Under the pieces are notes generated by a model. That model searched no databases, was not told the DNA's origin, and worked only from the letters and a program-made list of their open reading frames with translations. From positions 1 through 38,909 of the forward strand of contig JALSQH010000118.1 in assembly GCA_026985515.1 (NCBI GenBank): DNA of 38,909 nt, given 5' to 3'. Below are positions 37,501 to 38,909 of this stretch, one piece after another. The translations under genes and the position numbers were made by a program. Source of the DNA: a bacterium. Its GTDB lineage: Bacteria > JALSQH01. The stretch's first letter is position 1. Each line of letters starts with the position of its first letter.

Positions 37501-38397
37501 TTATTTTGGTGTGGGAACTCCACCTGCTGCAGATTCAAGAAGACCTGAGAGGATAGAGAAATAGTTTGTGTAAAGAAGTATTCCAATTACAATGAGTAGA
37601 ATGCCGCTGAAAATAGTGAGCGGTCTTATCCATTTTCTGAATTTCTGGAAGTAAATGAAAAAGCTGTTTATTATAAGAGAGGAGAGGAAAAACGGGATTC
37701 CCAGCCCCATGGAGTAGGAGAAGAGAAGAATAATTCCCTTTGTCACATTGCCCTGGGTACTGGCATATACCAGGATGCTGCCTAAAATGGGGCCAATGCA
37801 TGGTGTCCATCCGGCTGCAAAAGTGATCCCAACTAACATTGTTCCCATCAACCCCATTGGTTTATCTCTCAATTCTATCTTTTTCTCCATAAGGAGAAAG
37901 TCAAGTTTGACTATTCCCAGTTCCATTAGGCTATATAGAACAAGGAAGAAGGCACCAAGTTTTATGAAAAGATCTTTGAAATCTGCAGACCAGTTAAAGA
38001 GGAAGGCGAGGCCAAGAAATCCAAGAGATGTTGCAAAGATTTTTCTGGCTGGTTCCCTGACATATATTTCTGTTATGTAGAGGCCAAAGAAAATGACAAG
38101 TATTCCTCCAGCTTTTCTTATGATTTCCTGATACTTAATGAGTAAGGCACCAATATATGTTGCTGATGCCCCCATGAGAACGAAAATTATTGAAAAGCCA
38201 AGTATGAACATCAATGAGTGGAGGATAACCCTCCTTGTAATTTCTTTCCTTCTGGATTTATCCTCAAATTCTTCAAGTGTCATACCGGTTATAAAAGTTA
38301 CATAAGAAGGAATCAGAGGAAGCACGCAGGGTGAAGCAAATGATAGAAACCCTGCCAGAAAGGCAACGAATATGGAAATTGATTGTACTGGCTCCAT
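37501..38397 (-). CDS. ccdA: Cytochrome c biogenesis / thiol-disulfide transporter CcdA (DsbD-beta family), long variant
   Basis: The two conserved Cys contexts are FLSFASPCVLPLIP and FAAGWTPCIGPILG. I prefer the ATG at 38397 (MEPVQ...), which follows AAGGTG. The ORF-track start is 38460. Confidence 0.8.
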   Translation of the reverse strand: MEPVQSISIFVAFLAGFLSFASPCVLPLIPSYVTFITGMTLEEFEDKSRRKEITRRVILHSLMFILGFSIIFVLMGASATYIGALLIKYQEIIRKAGGILVIFFGLYITEIYVREPARKIFATSLGFLGLAFLFNWSADFKDLFIKLGAFFLVLYSLMELGIVKLDFLLMEKKIELRDKPMGLMGTMLVGITFAAGWTPCIGPILGSILVYASTQGNVTKGIILLFSYSMGLGIPFFLSSLIINSFFIYFQKFRKWIRPLTIFSGILLIVIGILLYTNYFSILSGLLESAAGGVPTPK

Positions 38398-38455
38398 TTT
38401 TTCACCTTTTTTAGTTAATATATGATATGAAAAAGGAAATTTAGTTCCAGCACTC

Positions 38456-38484
38456 TTCACACAGAAAATTTTCTGTGCTAAAAT
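38456..38484 (+). promoter_or_regulatory. Candidate promoter with an 18-bp perfect palindrome (possible operator) in the spacer
   Basis: TTCACA (38456-38461), a 17-nt spacer, then TGcTAAAAT (extended -10, hexamer at 38479-38484). The spacer is occupied by CACAGAAAATTTTCTGTG (38460-38477), a perfect palindrome. Confidence 0.35.
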
Positions 38485-38496
38485 ATTTTCTGGAAA

Positions 38497-38909
38497 ATGA
38501 AAAGGTTAGCTTTACTGGGCTTTGTATTTGTAGCGTTTACTTATCTTAATGCTGAAGAGTGGTCCTGTTATGATATGAGGAGAAGTATTAATGAACCACT
38601 CTGTATTAACATTAAGAAACTTGAAGATCCTCGTTTTCTGACATCTACATTGAATAAAATTTCCAGAGCAATTAAAAGGGATCCTCGCAATAAGTTGCTT
38701 CATTCTCTGCGATTTCAGTTTGGATTGTTCCTGTGGGATGTTTTACCACCTGAAAAAAAAGGAGATTTTGCCAGAATAGCTATAAAATGGGCAGATGAGG
38801 AAATAAAGTACCTTCCAGATATAGGTGATGGATGGGCAGCAAAGGGGATGTTTTTGGGGGCCTATGGTTTGTCAAAAGGTCCACTCAATGTTCTCTACTT
38901 TGCCGATGA
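38497..38909 (+). CDS. Hypothetical secreted protein, 3'-truncated by the window edge
   Basis: An open frame runs from the ATG at 38497 to the end of the window (137 codons, no stop). It is absent from the ORF track because it has no stop. It begins with a signal peptide, MKRLALLGFVFVAFTYLNA|EE, followed by two Cys (WSCYDMRRSINEPLC). The overlapping antisense 63-aa ORF (38512-38703) is probably spurious. Confidence 0.55.
   Translation, partial: MKRLALLGFVFVAFTYLNAEEWSCYDMRRSINEPLCINIKKLEDPRFLTSTLNKISRAIKRDPRNKLLHSLRFQFGLFLWDVLPPEKKGDFARIAIKWADEEIKYLPDIGDGWAAKGMFLGAYGLSKGPLNVLYFAD

Overview
This 38.9-kb AT-rich window appears to come from an uncultivated bacterium, possibly a thermophile given the K/E/I-rich proteins. 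I did not compute G+C and cannot place the taxon. It is densely packed with about 36 intact protein genes in seven strand blocks. Most are core housekeeping genes: glnB-glnA, mgtE, pyrF, rlmB, a class-I aminotransferase, coaD, rsmD, a C-N hydrolase, queH, a sirtuin, trmI, hisB-H-A-F-IE, dnaK, a bifunctional Rel, and rpmB. I found no rRNA, tRNA, CRISPR array, transposase, integrase, prophage or recognisable defence genes. I see no clear-cut novel system, only several unusual loci. (1) A roughly 1,758-aa lipoprotein has nine Ig-like domains plus a Pmp-type beta-helix, and sits behind a near-consensus sigma-54 -24/-12 promoter. (2) Two tandem paralogs fuse an AbrB/MazE-like N-terminal domain to a PATAN/DUF4388 domain. 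(3) A 5'-truncated C25 (gingipain-like) peptidase has a Cys-containing C-terminal sorting-like tail, and its last codons overlap a transmembrane-less archaeal/SipW-type S26 peptidase gene. (4) A LarA-like protein appears to lack both catalytic histidines. (5) A CcdA variant carries an inserted pair of hydrophobic helices. Several ORF-track starts look too long; I re-set them using Shine-Dalgarno and promoter evidence. All family assignments come from motif recognition by eye, not from database searches.
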